Origin: Candidatus Parcubacteria bacterium
GTDB lineage: Bacteria > Patescibacteriota > Patescibacteriia > Patescibacteriales > UBA12075
Reading direction: 5' to 3'
Length of the DNA: 64,000 bases
Assembly (NCBI GenBank): GCA_023132155.1
Contig: JAGLYP010000008.1
Span: 4,846-68,845 of the forward strand
Shown: positions 44,218-53,062 of the stretch, in pieces
Position numbering within the stretch: the first letter of the stretch is position 1
Layout of the letters: each line of letters begins with the position of its first letter
Program-made: the position numbers and the translations under genes
The notes under the pieces: generated by a model
Seen by the model: only the letters and a program-made list of their open reading frames with translations
Database searches by the model: none
What the model was told of the DNA's origin: nothing

Positions 44218-45933
44218 TTACCTGTCCTCCGCCACCCTAAATACCTCATCAACCGAAGTAATGCCGCCAATCGCTTTCAACAGCCCGTCTTGGGCCATGG
44301 AAATAGTGCCTTTTTTAGCGGCCGCGTTACGCATATCATATTCGCTGACATTTCCTGATAAAATTAATTTTTCCATTTCTTCATCAACCACAATTATTTC
44401 ATATATTCCAATGCGGCCTTTGTAGCCGATTCCCTGACAAGCTTCGCAGCCTTCGCCCTGATAAAATTTTAAATTATCAAAATCTATATTTTTCTTTTCT
44501 TCTTCCGAAAGTTTTTTTAATATTTCAAGCACCCTCTTTTGTTTTTCATCTTCAAGCTTAATTTCTTTTTTGCAATTTTCACAAACCTTTCTAACCAGAC
44601 GCTGGCCGATCATCGCGTTTAAAGCAGGCGCCAATAAAAACGGCCTTGCTCCCATTGATAAAAACCGCGGCACTGTCCCGGCGGCATCATTGGTGTGGAT
44701 TGTTGATAATACCAAATGGCCGGTTAATGACGCCTGAATGGCAATTTCAGCGGTTTCCAAATCGCGAATCTCTCCTACCATGACTATATCGGGATCCTGG
44801 CGCACGATTGACCTTAAGCCTTGGGCAAAAGTATATTTCTTGCTGATTTGCGATTGATTCACGCCCTCTAATTGATATTCAATCGGATCTTCAATAGTTA
44901 TAATTTTTGTTTCTTGATTATTCAATCTTTTCAAAATCGCGTAAAGCGTTGTGGTTTTTCCGCTGCCTGTCGGTCCGGTGGTAATAATCATTCCATTCGG
45001 CCTTTCCACTTCTTTTTTTAATTGTTGAAAAGCATGATTCCTAATCCCCAAGTCTTCAAAAGCCAATCCGACCGAACTGGATTTGAGAATACGCATTACC
45101 ACGCTCTCACCGAAATTTGTCGGCAAAAATGAAGCGCGAATGTCAATTCTTTCTTTTGACGTAATCAATGACAGCCGCCCGTCCTGCGGTTTGTCAATAA
45201 TATTAATTTTTACTTTGGTCAAAACCTTTAAACGAGAAATTATTTTTTTCCATAATTCCTTGTTAACCACTGCCGCGTCATGCAAAACGCCGTCTACGCG
45301 AAAGCGCACTTTTATTTCATTTTCTTCCGCTTCAATATGAATATCGGATGAATCTGATTTTATTGAAGCCGCCATAATCATAGTTACGATATCGGTAACC
45401 TTTGCCTTGTCAATTCCGGCTTGCAAATCGCGAAAACTTGAAAATTTCTCGCTGAATTTATTAAGATCAGCTTCGCTTAACTCCACGCCGCGCGATATTT
45501 CCCTTACTTTTGGAATGGATTTATAAAGTTCTAAGGCGTAATCAAGGCTATTTTGCGAAATCAAATAAATTTCACCATCGCAATAAAGTTCCGTACATAA
45601 TTTTTGCAATATATCTACCACATCACTATTCCGCGGATTAACCGCGCCTAAACGAATTTTCTTGCCATCGTAGAAAAAACAAACAGCCTTAATCCTTCCG
45701 GCATTTTCTTCATCAACTATTGATAATGCTTCGGGACTAATCGGAAAACCGAATAAATTAATATAAGACACGCCTAAACCGGACGCTTCCGCTTCCGCTT
45801 TTCTTTCCATTTCCTTTACTTTGATCTGCTTTTGCTTAGACTGGAACTTTGCCTGCGCGCTCTCATCGTCAATAACATCGCCATTTTTTGAAGCCGCTAT
45901 CAGATTTTCAATTGATTGAACATTTTGCGCCAT
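44218..45933 (-). CDS. pilB: Type IV pilus / type II secretion ATPase (GspE/PilB family)
   Basis: 571 aa. Walker A GPTGSGKTTTLYA, the Asp/His boxes (IMVGEIRD, GHLVLSTIHTND), and a C-terminal tetracysteine motif CENCK...CEACQGIGYKGRIGIYE. Confidence 0.85.
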   Translation of the reverse strand: MAQNVQSIENLIAASKNGDVIDDESAQAKFQSKQKQIKVKEMERKAEAEASGLGVSYINLFGFPISPEALSIVDEENAGRIKAVCFFYDGKKIRLGAVNPRNSDVVDILQKLCTELYCDGEIYLISQNSLDYALELYKSIPKVREISRGVELSEADLNKFSEKFSSFRDLQAGIDKAKVTDIVTMIMAASIKSDSSDIHIEAEENEIKVRFRVDGVLHDAAVVNKELWKKIISRLKVLTKVKINIIDKPQDGRLSLITSKERIDIRASFLPTNFGESVVMRILKSSSVGLAFEDLGIRNHAFQQLKKEVERPNGMIITTGPTGSGKTTTLYAILKRLNNQETKIITIEDPIEYQLEGVNQSQISKKYTFAQGLRSIVRQDPDIVMVGEIRDLETAEIAIQASLTGHLVLSTIHTNDAAGTVPRFLSMGARPFLLAPALNAMIGQRLVRKVCENCKKEIKLEDEKQKRVLEILKKLSEEEKKNIDFDNLKFYQGEGCEACQGIGYKGRIGIYEIIVVDEEMEKLILSGNVSEYDMRNAAAKKGTISMAQDGLLKAIGGITSVDEVFRVAEDR

Positions 45934-46001
45934 AATAATTTATATCTAAATAAAGAAGACAAAAAGCCTTCTTTATTTAATATTTATATTTAACCTTTAT
46001 T

Positions 46002-47000
46002 TCAGGCCTCGCCTTTTTTTATTTTTTTATTAAATATTCTGGTAATTTTGCTCACTCCGCCTTTGCCGACCAACTCCATAAAAAGATATGTCCAAGAAGA
46101 AATCTGGAAAGTGGCAAGCATGGCGCCGACAAATACTATCATAATTAAAAATAAAATAATAGCTGACACGATTATAAACCAAAAATTGAAATAAAACGCC
46201 ATTTTAGAAAACATTAAAATAATAAACAAAAACGGCACAGCCAGAATTAAAAACAGTAAAATCGCCGCTAATCCAGTTAAAAAATTAATAAAAAACAAAA
46301 TAATCGCCATCTCAATGCTTATAAGCCAATTATTTTTAAACAAATTCCAGCCTGATTTTATGGCGTGAATTGTCTTTTGCCCTTTAATTACCACAAAAGC
46401 GATTGAATATTTTATTAAAAACGAGAGCATTAAACTAAGCGGTATAAAAATTATAAACATTATAATATACCAGCTATTTACTAACTCCGGATTTTTAAAT
46501 ATTTCCAAAAGCAAAGGCAAGCCGATTATAAAAAACATGATTGCCGCGGCAACGCGAGAAATAATATTTAAACTTAAAACCGGCCAAAACTTTTTCATGC
46601 CCGCCAATATTCCGTCTTTGAAATCATGTTCTTTATCATGCTTGATTTTCGCGGTATTATGGACAATCGCCACTTGCGAAGTAATGCTTAGCCACAGCAA
46701 AAATAATCCCAAAATCAAGATAACAAACAAAGTCATTAACGCTAAAAACAAAGAAAAAGGATCTTCTTGCGCCATATGCCCCATATTGCTTAAAGTTCCC
46801 TTGCTAAAAAATCCGGTTTCCAAAATTCTTTGCATACCCGCGTAAAGATTGTTTCTACCCGGTTCATCAAAACCCCTGAAAATTAATTCCAATTCACCGC
46901 CATTGCCCAGCAGCGCGGCAAAAAGCCCGAAAAACCATAAATATTTATGCTGCCAGGTATTTCCCCACGCGCGCTTTAAAATTGTGCGATATAATGCCAT
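46002..47000 (-). CDS. Polytopic membrane protein, unknown function
   Basis: 332 aa with about 7 hydrophobic helices. I recognise no motif. Confidence 0.5.
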   Translation of the reverse strand: MALYRTILKRAWGNTWQHKYLWFFGLFAALLGNGGELELIFRGFDEPGRNNLYAGMQRILETGFFSKGTLSNMGHMAQEDPFSLFLALMTLFVILILGLFLLWLSITSQVAIVHNTAKIKHDKEHDFKDGILAGMKKFWPVLSLNIISRVAAAIMFFIIGLPLLLEIFKNPELVNSWYIIMFIIFIPLSLMLSFLIKYSIAFVVIKGQKTIHAIKSGWNLFKNNWLISIEMAIILFFINFLTGLAAILLFLILAVPFLFIILMFSKMAFYFNFWFIIVSAIILFLIMIVFVGAMLATFQISSWTYLFMELVGKGGVSKITRIFNKKIKKGEA

Positions 47001-47100
47001 ATTTTTAAAATATAAAAATTATTTTATTATGATTTTATTATAACATATTTTGAATAAATAACAAAATTATTTCAGTATTATTTCAGTATTAAGCAAAAAT

Positions 47101-47137
47101 AAAAAAACTCGGTCTCTACAATTTATCGTAGAGGCCG
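47101..47137 (-). terminator. Rho-independent terminator of ftsH
   Basis: On the minus strand, cggcctctac..gtagagaccg forms the hairpin and is followed by ttttttt. Confidence 0.65.
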
Positions 47138-47160
47138 AACCTTTGAAAATTTCTAAAAAT

Positions 47161-48975
47161 CTAATCTTTAACTAACTCTTCAAATTTTTTCTTCTCAATC
47201 GTTTCATTCTTTAATAATTCCTGAACAACTTTTTCAATTTTATCTTTTTTGTCTTCAATAATTTTTTCAGCCATTTTAGTCGCGCGGGAAATAAACGTAA
47301 ATATTTCTTCATCTATTTGTTCCGCTATTTTTTCGCTATAATCTCGCTGTTCGGTAATTTCCCTACCTAAAAATATCATTTCTTCTTTATTGCCAAAAGT
47401 GCGCGGTCCCAAAATTTCACTCATACCGAAATCCGTAATCAAACGGCGGGCAATTGAAGTAGCGCGCCGCAAATCAGAAGTAGCTCCGGTAGTAACTTCG
47501 TTATAAATACTTTTTTCAGTTAAATATCCGCCTAACAGCACGGCAATTTCTTCAATATATTCAGACTTGGTATGCATATGCTTGTCTTCTGTCGGCATTT
47601 TTAAAGTATAACCTCCTGTTTGTCCGCGCGCGATAATGGAAATTTTATGAACCGGATCGGTATTAGGCAAATAATGCGCCACAATCGCGTGCCCGGCCTC
47701 ATGATAGGCTGTAATATCTCTTTCTTTTTTCGTAATTACTCGTGATTTTCGCTCAGGACCAAGCATTACTTTTTCAATTGCGTCAAAAAGTTCATTCATA
47801 TCAATAATTTTTTTATTTTTTCTGGCCGCTAAAATCGCCGCTTCATTAAGTACATTAGCTAAATCAGCGCCGCTAAATCCGGGCGTACGCTGGGCAATGT
47901 GGCGCAAGCTTACGTCTTTTGCCAATGGCTTCTTTTTGGCATGCACTTTTAAAATCGCCTCTCTGTCATTAATATCGGGATTTTCCAAAACAACTTGGCG
48001 ATCAAAACGGCCGGGCCGCAACAGCGCGCTATCTAAAACATCCGGGCGATTGGTAGCGGCAAGCACGATAATATTCGTATTTGGCTCAAAACCGTCCAGT
48101 TCAACCAAAATTTGATTTAAAGTTTGTTCCCGCTCATCATGCGAGCCGCCAAGCCCTGCGCCGCGTTTTCTGCCAACCGCGTCAATTTCATCAATAAAAA
48201 TAATGCAAGGAGTATTTTTTTTGGCTTTTTTAAATAAATCGCGCACGCGGGAAGCGCCGACGCCGACAAACATCTCAACAAATTCAGAACCGGAAATATG
48301 AAAAAACGGCACATTAGCCTCGCCGGCTGTCGCGCGCGCCAATAAAGTTTTGCCCGTACCCGGGCTTCCTAAAAGTAAAACTCCGCGCGGTATGCGCGCG
48401 CCCAAGTCCAAAAATTTTTTCGGATTTCGCAAAAATTCAACCACTTCCAAAAGTTCCTCCTTGGCCTCTTTGACTCCGGCTACATCTTTAAAAGTTACTT
48501 TATGTTTTTCATCTTTGGTAAATTCCTTGGCTTGCGACTGTCCAAACATCATCGCGCGTGAATTAGCTCCTTGCACCCCGCGCATCATTAAAAATACAAA
48601 AAGACCGATTAATAAAAACGGCAATAAAAACGGCAAAAGCGTTACCAGCCAATAATCAAAGCCTTCTCCTTCTCTTACCTCAATATTTAATTTTAAAATT
48701 TTTTCTTTTTCTACGCCGAAATTACTTAATAACTCGGACAAAGATTCGCCTGTTTCTTTTTTTACGATTTCTTTTTTACCGTCTTTTAATTGCATCTCTA
48801 TCTTTGTGCCTTCAACAATAATTTTTTCAATTTCTTCATTATTAATGCGTGAGATAAGCGTTTCAGTGCCGACTCTTTTTGACTCCGCTTTTGGCTCGCC
48901 CATAAAACTAAACAAAGCGATAATAAGAATAAATATTATAAAAAATATTCCAAAATTTTTAAATAAATTTTTCAT
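47161..48975 (-). CDS. ftsH: ATP-dependent zinc metalloprotease FtsH
   Basis: 604 aa with N-terminal TM helices. Walker [14 protein letters not shown], Walker [13 protein letters not shown] region, and zinc motif HEAGHAIV. Confidence 0.92.
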   Translation of the reverse strand: MKNLFKNFGIFFIIFILIIALFSFMGEPKAESKRVGTETLISRINNEEIEKIIVEGTKIEMQLKDGKKEIVKKETGESLSELLSNFGVEKEKILKLNIEVREGEGFDYWLVTLLPFLLPFLLIGLFVFLMMRGVQGANSRAMMFGQSQAKEFTKDEKHKVTFKDVAGVKEAKEELLEVVEFLRNPKKFLDLGARIPRGVLLLGSPGTGKTLLARATAGEANVPFFHISGSEFVEMFVGVGASRVRDLFKKAKKNTPCIIFIDEIDAVGRKRGAGLGGSHDEREQTLNQILVELDGFEPNTNIIVLAATNRPDVLDSALLRPGRFDRQVVLENPDINDREAILKVHAKKKPLAKDVSLRHIAQRTPGFSGADLANVLNEAAILAARKNKKIIDMNELFDAIEKVMLGPERKSRVITKKERDITAYHEAGHAIVAHYLPNTDPVHKISIIARGQTGGYTLKMPTEDKHMHTKSEYIEEIAVLLGGYLTEKSIYNEVTTGATSDLRRATSIARRLITDFGMSEILGPRTFGNKEEMIFLGREITEQRDYSEKIAEQIDEEIFTFISRATKMAEKIIEDKKDKIEKVVQELLKNETIEKKKFEELVKD

Positions 48976-49130
48976 TTATCAATAAAATTGTTGTATTGTT
49001 ATATTGCTTTATATTTGCAACAATACAACAATGCGACAATTTAACAATTAAATTAAATTACTTAGTTCAGTATACAATATGTATTTATAATTGGCAAATA
49101 CTATTTTACAAATTTTTGCTATTTTTAAAT

Positions 49131-49180
49131 AAAAAAATAAAAGACCGCGGAAAATCATAAAACTTTTCCGCGATTTTTTT
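49131..49180 (-). terminator. Hairpin terminator downstream of the S1 gene (T/A runs on both sides)
   Basis: Stem cgcggaaaa (49146-49154) / ttttccgcg (49164-49172), flanked by an A-run upstream and a T-run downstream. Confidence 0.55.
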
Positions 49181-49209
49181 GTATACTATGATTTTACATT
49201 CTTACATAT

Positions 49210-50370
49210 CTAGTCCTTCACTTTCGCTTTCTTAATCTCATCCGAATGAGCCAAACCCAAACGATGTTCTTTCGGTTCAATTGAAACAATTTCAAAATTC
49301 ATTTTCTCTCCTGCCTTAAATTTATCATTGATTTTTTCTTTTGGAGCAAGGCCTAACTGGCTGATATGCGCCAATCCATGAATATCATCGTCAAGCTTTA
49401 TAAACATGCCGAATGGATTAACTTTAATAATGGTTCCCTTGGCAATTTGGCCGACTTTATATTTTTCACTAACCGATTCCCATGGATCTCTAAGCAATTT
49501 TTTGGCGCTTAAAAATATTTTTGAATCTTTCAGGCTGATTACTTCGGCTTTAACAACATCACCGACCTTATACAACTCGGCCGGATCGTCAATTCTTTGC
49601 CATGCCAATTCAGATATGTGGATAAGGCCTTCCAAATTTTCGCCAAAACTGATAAAAACGCCGAAATCGGTAATCGCGGTAATAGTGCCGTCAACAACCG
49701 TACCGACTTTGTACTTTGAAATAATATCTTTTTGCCTCTCGCCCCAAGCGTCTTTTTCCGAAAAAATAATCTTATCTTCATGCTCATTCAAAGTCATTAC
49801 TTTTACTTCAAACTCTTTGCCCGCGAAAGACCTTAATTTCTCTAAAATTTTGCCCTTATCGCCGCCGTTAATTCTGGGATAATTTTCCGGCGCCAACTGC
49901 GAAACAGGCAAAAAACCGGCAATCTGGCGATACTTTACCAATAAACCGCCTCTGTTGGCATCAACCACTTTTACTTTAATTGTTTCTTTATTTTCATTCG
50001 CCTTTCTAAGTCCTTCCCAAGCCTTTTCCTGTCCGGCGTATTTAAATGATAATTCCAATTCGCCATTTTCATTTTCCGGCTCTAAAACAGTTGCCTCAAC
50101 CATATCGCCCGGCTTAAGCCCTGAATATTCTTCGTCTTCTTCATACAATTCCGGACCGCGCACAACACCGGTCATAATTCCGTCAACATCAAGCTTTACT
50201 TCCGCTTTTGAAGCTGAAATTACTTCTCCTTTAATTAAATCTCCTGACTGCGGAGCTTTAAATTTATGATCGTCTAATAATTTATCAAACTCATCATGGC
50301 TTAAATTATTGTTTTGGTCTTTTTTATTTTCTGGCATATTTTTAATTTTTTTGTTAAATTTTTCCAACAA
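49210..50370 (-). CDS. rpsA: 30S ribosomal protein S1-like (four S1 RNA-binding domains)
   Basis: Repeated S1 motifs are GDLIKGEVISASKAEVKLDV, GGLLVKY, GTVVDGTITAITDFGVFISF and GQIAKGTIIKVNPFGMFIKL. The track start is a TTG; an alternative ATG lies at 50337 (MPENKKD). Confidence 0.8.
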   Translation of the reverse strand: MLEKFNKKIKNMPENKKDQNNNLSHDEFDKLLDDHKFKAPQSGDLIKGEVISASKAEVKLDVDGIMTGVVRGPELYEEDEEYSGLKPGDMVEATVLEPENENGELELSFKYAGQEKAWEGLRKANENKETIKVKVVDANRGGLLVKYRQIAGFLPVSQLAPENYPRINGGDKGKILEKLRSFAGKEFEVKVMTLNEHEDKIIFSEKDAWGERQKDIISKYKVGTVVDGTITAITDFGVFISFGENLEGLIHISELAWQRIDDPAELYKVGDVVKAEVISLKDSKIFLSAKKLLRDPWESVSEKYKVGQIAKGTIIKVNPFGMFIKLDDDIHGLAHISQLGLAPKEKINDKFKAGEKMNFEIVSIEPKEHRLGLAHSDEIKKAKVKD

Positions 50371-50562
50371 AAAAACATATCTTAACCTTCTCTTTTTTTG
50401 AGAAAAGTTTTTTAGCCACCTCTTTAGCCAAAAATAGCCAAATACTCACTAAAAATTTATTATAGGTGTTTATTTGATTTTGATTATGGTTTTATTATAC
50501 AGTGTTTTTTAGAAAATGCAAGGGGAAATCTTAGCGGCTAACGGTTCTTGTTTAATATTAGA

Positions 50563-50624
50563 CAAGTTATGCCCAAAGGGCACTAACAGTAGTCGGGAAT
50601 ATTCAAATTCCTTGACTATAAATT
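50563..50624 (+). repeat. Dispersed repeat copy 3 (62 bp) at the downstream edge of the E1/E2/JAB island
   Basis: caagttatgcccaaagggcactaacagtagtcgggaatattcaaattccttgactataaatt. It is preceded by a short GCTAAC..GTTATGC palindrome (about 50541-50572). Confidence 0.9.
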
Positions 50625-50625
50625 A

Positions 50626-50657
50626 AAACCCGCAACGATTATTTACGCTACGGGTTT
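50626..50657 (-). terminator. Hairpin terminator after 50676..51371
   Basis: aaacccg (50626-50632) pairs with cgggttt (50651-50657). On the minus strand it is followed by ttttaattt. Confidence 0.55.
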
Positions 50658-50675
50658 GTTTATGTTTTTATATAT

Positions 50676-51371
50676 CTACAGACTCCAACTCTCAAACTCT
50701 ATAGATACAAAACTTACATCATATTTTTGAAAAGGATGTTTGTGGCGAGCAAATTGGCCGTCTGTATCACGACGTAAACTTGTAACAGTTAACTCTCCGT
50801 GCGGTACATTATCAACCACATATCTCCCGTATTTTAGCTGATCCCATACATACATTAAATATTCTTCACCATTTTCTTTCCGATACTCTTCAGTAGACAT
50901 AAATGCCGCTGTATAAATAAAGGTTTCACGAATCAGATGAATAACATCAACATTAAATTTATCCTGCCCACCATACCGCCTATGGAGAGATACAAGAGCT
51001 CTATTGTCTTGTCCGATAAGGTAACAAATTTTACCAGTTATTTCGATTAAGTATCCGTCATTAAGCCTTGCTGAACATGAAAAATCTTGGCTCATTGCGC
51101 TTTCATAGATATAAACGTCCTGACTTAATTTTAAAATGTTACGATCAAAAAATTTTATTCTAAGTTTTTTCGTATCAGCGAATACGTTGCCTCCTTGAAC
51201 CTTGACAACGTAATCTCCATTTCCTGCTTTTTCAAACAAACCTAGCGCGTTACCATCCCAGCTAAACGATTTCATATTTATCGCCGCCACGCCACCCGCA
51301 AGCAACATAACTACAACAACCAAAACAATAACCGGCTTATAATCGCCTCTTAAATTAAAATATTTTGACAT
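50676..51371 (-). CDS. SPFH/band-7-like membrane protein, short paralog
   Basis: I prefer the ATG at 51371, preceded by gaggagggtgtg, giving MSKYFNLRGDYKPVIVLVVVVMLLAGGVAAI (N-terminal TM). The core ARLNDGYLIEITGKICYLIG...AAFMSTEEYRKENGEEYLMYVWDQLKYGRYVV aligns with 60266..61525 and 61581..62858. Confidence 0.5.
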   Translation of the reverse strand: MSKYFNLRGDYKPVIVLVVVVMLLAGGVAAINMKSFSWDGNALGLFEKAGNGDYVVKVQGGNVFADTKKLRIKFFDRNILKLSQDVYIYESAMSQDFSCSARLNDGYLIEITGKICYLIGQDNRALVSLHRRYGGQDKFNVDVIHLIRETFIYTAAFMSTEEYRKENGEEYLMYVWDQLKYGRYVVDNVPHGELTVTSLRRDTDGQFARHKHPFQKYDVSFVSIEFESWSL

Positions 51372-51586
51372 CACACCCTCCTCATTTAAAATTTTATGGT
51401 TTAGTATAAATTTATTTCTCAACGAACGATGATTTTTAATATTAACATACTTTCGGAAATAAGTCAATAGCAACCTCCTACCTGTAAAGGTGAAATAGAA
51501 ATGTCCTACTTTGGGTGATTTAGAAATGTCCTATTTGGACACTTTTATTAATTTTTTAAGATATTAATTTTAATATTAGGTAAATT

Positions 51587-51618
51587 AAAACCCGCAGACG
51601 ACTTATGTCTTCTGCGGG
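51587..51618 (-). terminator. Hairpin terminator after the prepilin-like gene
   Basis: cccgcaga (51591-51598) pairs with tctgcggg (51611-51618), with a T-run on the minus strand. Confidence 0.6.
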
Positions 51619-51661
51619 TGGATTAAAAAGCTATTACAGACATTACTATATTTCACTGTTT

Positions 51662-52207
51662 TTATTTTGACACGCATTTTTTCTTAAAGTCGCGAATATC
51701 GTCTCTAAGCGAATTGATTCTTGTTCTAAGCTCTTGAATTTCAGAACCTGAACTAGAGTAATTATGAATGAACATTGTTTTTTGATTTTCCAAAATTATT
51801 AACTGATTTTGCATAAGTTTAAGCAGTAACTTATTAAGTTCGCGATTATTTTGATTATCCGAAATTGTTTTACTTTCTCCATCTGCCTTGCTTGTACTTT
51901 TTTTCACAAGCTCAGCTGAGGGCGGCAAAAGGCGCGGTTCTAAGTTATCAGTTGCCATGTTTCCTTTTACAATTTTTGCCCATTCCGCCACTTCATTCGG
52001 CATTTCTTCTATAAAAAATTCTTTATGATCATTAAAATATTTTATTTCATTTTTAGTAAGTACTTGGCCGGATTTTATCTTTTCGGTAATTGCGACTTTA
52101 GTTTTATGATTTATAAAATTAGGAATAGCAATAGCGGCTAGAATTCCAATAATCGCGATTACAATCATTAATTCAATAAGCGTAAAACCCCTCCTGTTTA
52201 TCTGCAT
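51662..52207 (-). CDS. Prepilin-type N-terminal cleavage/methylation domain protein with atypical helical C-terminal region
   Basis: An ATG at 52207 follows aaggagaataatt. MQINRRG|FTLIELMIVIAIIGILAAIAIPNF is a class III signal. The remainder is charged and coiled-coil-like rather than a globular pilin head. Confidence 0.7.
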   Translation of the reverse strand: MQINRRGFTLIELMIVIAIIGILAAIAIPNFINHKTKVAITEKIKSGQVLTKNEIKYFNDHKEFFIEEMPNEVAEWAKIVKGNMATDNLEPRLLPPSAELVKKSTSKADGESKTISDNQNNRELNKLLLKLMQNQLIILENQKTMFIHNYSSSGSEIQELRTRINSLRDDIRDFKKKCVSK

Positions 52208-52302
52208 AATTATTCTCCTTTTGATGTTTTTGGTCAAGACACAATTTTTATCAGGGTGCCGGAATTAAATCCAACACCCCTGTTTTGATAATTACAATAA
52301 TA

Positions 52303-53016
52303 TCAATCAGCAGTTTCAACAAGCAAATTGCGAGTCTTACAGATCAAATATTTTTCTACAAGGACATTTCGGTCGGCTAATGTTAATGCTTGATTGGCTG
52401 ATACTATTTTTTCTAATAATTCTTGAGCTTCAGGGCAATTTCTTATCTTTCCTTTAAGAATCATATATTCATCAGCCGGCAATAAAACATCACTGTTATT
52501 CTTTTCCTCGGCTTTCTCGGTATAATTATTTAAAGCTAAAGCAACCCGACTATTGCCCTTTTCATTAAATTCCTCAGATTGCTCGTCTTGATTTGTTTCT
52601 GAATCCTCCTTGGATTTATTCGCCACTTTTAAAATAAGGCGATACCAATCATGATCAATAGCATCCCACCTTGTGTCCAACTTCCTTTTTTTGTGAGCAC
52701 TACCCTCATTGCCGGACAACTGTAGAGAAACATCATTATTGAGTACAATTGCTTTTGCCATATCAATAAAAGGGACAGCATCTTCAGATGGTTTTATCTT
52801 TCTTAGTCTTACGGCTGATCTAATATCTTGTAATTTAACATCTTCAAAATCCTCTTTCCAGCCGCTTTCCACTTTATCATAAAAAAGTTTTTCAGTTACG
52901 GTCATTTTCCCCCATGTTTCCTCTGCGACAGAATCCCCCTCAGAATATTTTGCGCAGCCTGCCAACATTGCCAAAAAAATAATTACCAATAAACCAAATA
53001 AGCTTAATTTTTTCAT
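52303..53016 (-). CDS. Lipoprotein, unknown function
   Basis: An ATG at 53016 follows aaggagaacaaa. MKKLSLFGLLVIIFLAMLAGC carries a lipobox (LAGC). Confidence 0.6.
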   Translation of the reverse strand: MKKLSLFGLLVIIFLAMLAGCAKYSEGDSVAEETWGKMTVTEKLFYDKVESGWKEDFEDVKLQDIRSAVRLRKIKPSEDAVPFIDMAKAIVLNNDVSLQLSGNEGSAHKKRKLDTRWDAIDHDWYRLILKVANKSKEDSETNQDEQSEEFNEKGNSRVALALNNYTEKAEEKNNSDVLLPADEYMILKGKIRNCPEAQELLEKIVSANQALTLADRNVLVEKYLICKTRNLLVETAD

Positions 53017-53062
53017 TTTGTTCTCCTTTATTTTTTTTGACAAACATTATTTTCTTCTGATT

